Assembly: GCA_035221665.1 (NCBI GenBank)
Contig: CM069161.1
Coordinates: 7,130,001 to 7,194,000, forward strand
Length of the DNA stretch: 64,000 nt
Direction of reading: 5' to 3'
Origin: Okamejei kenojei
Taxonomy: Eukaryota
This document shows positions 61,901 through 64,000 of the stretch, in pieces. Position 1 is the first letter of the stretch. Each line of letters begins with the position of its first letter. The translations under genes and the position numbers were made by a program. The notes below the pieces were generated by a model. It worked only from the letters and a program-made list of their open reading frames with translations. It was not told the origin of the DNA and ran no database searches.

Positions 61901-63859
61901 CTGGATTTCGTACTGAGGCACCCAACATTAGCGATTACTATAGTTATTCCCCTTCAGTGCCCTCTGCAGATAATGTGAGAGAATTTCAGCCTGTTTTTAA
62001 AAAATATTATTAATGTACTTAATCTTTGGCTGAAAACAAGTTTAAAGGTGTGATAAAAACACAAAGTGTTGGAGTCTCAACCTGCACCCTCCATAGATGC
62101 TGGCTAATTGGCTAATCTATGGAGTCTCAACCTGCCTCCATAGATGCTGGCTAATTGGCAGAATTACTGCAGCACTTCGTGCTTTGCTCAATATTCCAGA
62201 CTCTAGCAGTTACTTGCGACTCCATTTAAAGTAGAAATGCATTTACTCTCATTCTAACAATTCTCAATAAATCTATTAACAAGCACAAACACTGACTGAC
62301 CACTTTGAAGATTAAGGATGCCCAGCATCTGGAAAAGGTTAGTAGCTATTGTAATATTGGTTAATTTGGGATCACTGGAGGCTTAATCGGTCCCTATCTT
62401 ATCATACTTATGCAATCAAACAGATTCCCTTACCCCATGAACTAGCACCCATAACGTTGTCTGCCTATTCCCCCAGCAGATGCTACTTGTTTGACCCGTT
62501 GAGTTGCTCTAGCACTGTGCCAGAGACCAGCATCTGCAGTTCCTTGTGTCCAAACGGAACGTATCACACCAACTAGTTAAAACATATAGAAAATAGGTGT
62601 TGGGAGTAGGCCATTCGGCCCTTCGAGCCAGCACCGCCATTCAATATGATCACGGCTGATCATCCAAAATCAGTACCACGTTCCTGCTTTCTCCCCGTCT
62701 CCGTTGCTGAGTGTTACGGAAAGCTTGCGATTTTCTAAAGTTAGTTTGGTATTAGTTTATTGCCATGTGTACAGTGAAAAGTTATAAAGTTACGATGTTT
62801 AAAACTAATTTTATTTGACCTCTCCCACCGACAGGTAGTAAGCAGAAAAGTTTTCACTCTAACTTTGGCGTTGGGTTTTCTCCGTTAAATTAAACTTTAA
62901 AGTTTCTGGAGTTGTTTTTCCAGCAACGCCAAGCAAGACTAGCCAGCTCGTCCTGTTACAAGTTTAAATTTCGTAGGCGTGCCAAGGCACCTCCAAAATA
63001 AAATTTGATAAATCGAACGAAGTTATAATGTGTCAATTAGAGTCTGTGCCCCCTCGATGATTACCGCAGGCATCGAAATGCTCAGTGAAGACACGAAGCA
63101 AAAGGGGTAGAGAAACTGGCTTCGGTTTTGAAGGCAAGGCAAAACTTTCGCGGAACCCACCTTGTAATGTCTTGGCACTCCTTCTGGCTGCTTGTAGGAT
63201 CACGCTTCCCTTTTTTCCTATCTATCCCCCTTACATGTTCTCAATCCGACTGCCGTTGAGCGTAATGGACGATTCAGAAAACCCTAGAGCCAAGTTCGGA
63301 ACAGTGCCTCTCGTCCTTCAGTGAATCTCGCTATTCACTTCCCTTGCCGCAAAAGTCAACAATTTTTTTTTTTTTGCAGATGTCAAGTGCGGTACAAAAG
63401 CCTTCGTTTAAAAATATTTTCTTTTGGTAAACCCTTAAGGGCGAAACATCAGACGGTGCTAAATTTTCCACCGAAGTAATCTTTAACGAAAATGTAGTCA
63501 TGGTTTCGTTCATGAGTCAAACCATCTAGTCTAACTTGGAAGGAGTGCAGGCGATAGCGTGGGGGTCTTTTAAGAATACCAAGTCCTGTGTGCGATAGCT
63601 GCATTAGTAAGTCGAATGACGATATCAACAAGCCATGTTTGCTTATACCCTGCCACTTTCCCTTGGGCTCAGTAACGCTTCATAATCAGCCCCTCCAAAA
63701 ATATTTCTAAGTAAATTGATAAGCAGTCGGCAAGATGAGTGGTTTTATTTTTCGGGAGTGTATTGATATCTAAATTGGCCGTTTATAAATTGCGATTGCA
63801 TGTGGCCTTTAGTGTTGGTGAAAGACCTGAAGTACACCCTGGCAAATAACGAAATGTCT

Positions 63860-63960
63860 GAAATCTGAAGGATGTCGACCCGAAACGTCACCCATTCCTT
63901 CTCTCCAGAAATGCTGCCTGTCCCGCTGAGTTGCTCCAGCATTTTGCGTCTATCTTCCTC
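63860..63960 (+). mobile_element. Penelope-like terminal-repeat fragment
   Basis: gacccgaaacgtcacccattccttctctccaga...tgctgcctgtcccgctgag. Confidence 0.75.
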
Positions 63961-64000
63961 CCTACAACGAAATGTGTGATTTAAGGCTTGGTAGAAGGGT

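Overview
Repeat-rich vertebrate genomic DNA. The repeat set (HE1-type tRNA-derived V-SINEs, CR1/HER1-type LINEs, Rex1/Babar LINEs, Penelope-like elements) points to a cartilaginous fish, probably a skate or ray; this is an inference. There is one intact protein-coding gene, a connexin on the minus strand (19702-20559, 285 aa) that I recognise as GJD3 (Cx31.9/Cx30.2 type), with a splice acceptor 54 nt upstream of its ATG. The first ~1.24 kb looks like the end of the RARA 3'UTR on the plus strand, matching the convergent RARA-GJD3 arrangement in mammals. The rest is intergenic or intronic and dominated by transposable elements. The most interesting items are: many Penelope-associated minimal hammerhead-ribozyme motifs, often in inverted pairs; a Helitron fragment with a ~1 kb minisatellite inside TTAA-flanked inverted repeats; Harbinger and hAT MITEs with clean TSDs; an RTE-5'-like structured insert; and a cardiac-type motif cluster 6.7 kb upstream of GJD3. 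I found no prokaryotic-type system (CRISPR, operon) and cannot support a wholly new system. Most short ORFs in the track are repeat-derived or spurious. Family assignments rest on recalled consensus features, not database searches, and repeat boundaries are approximate.
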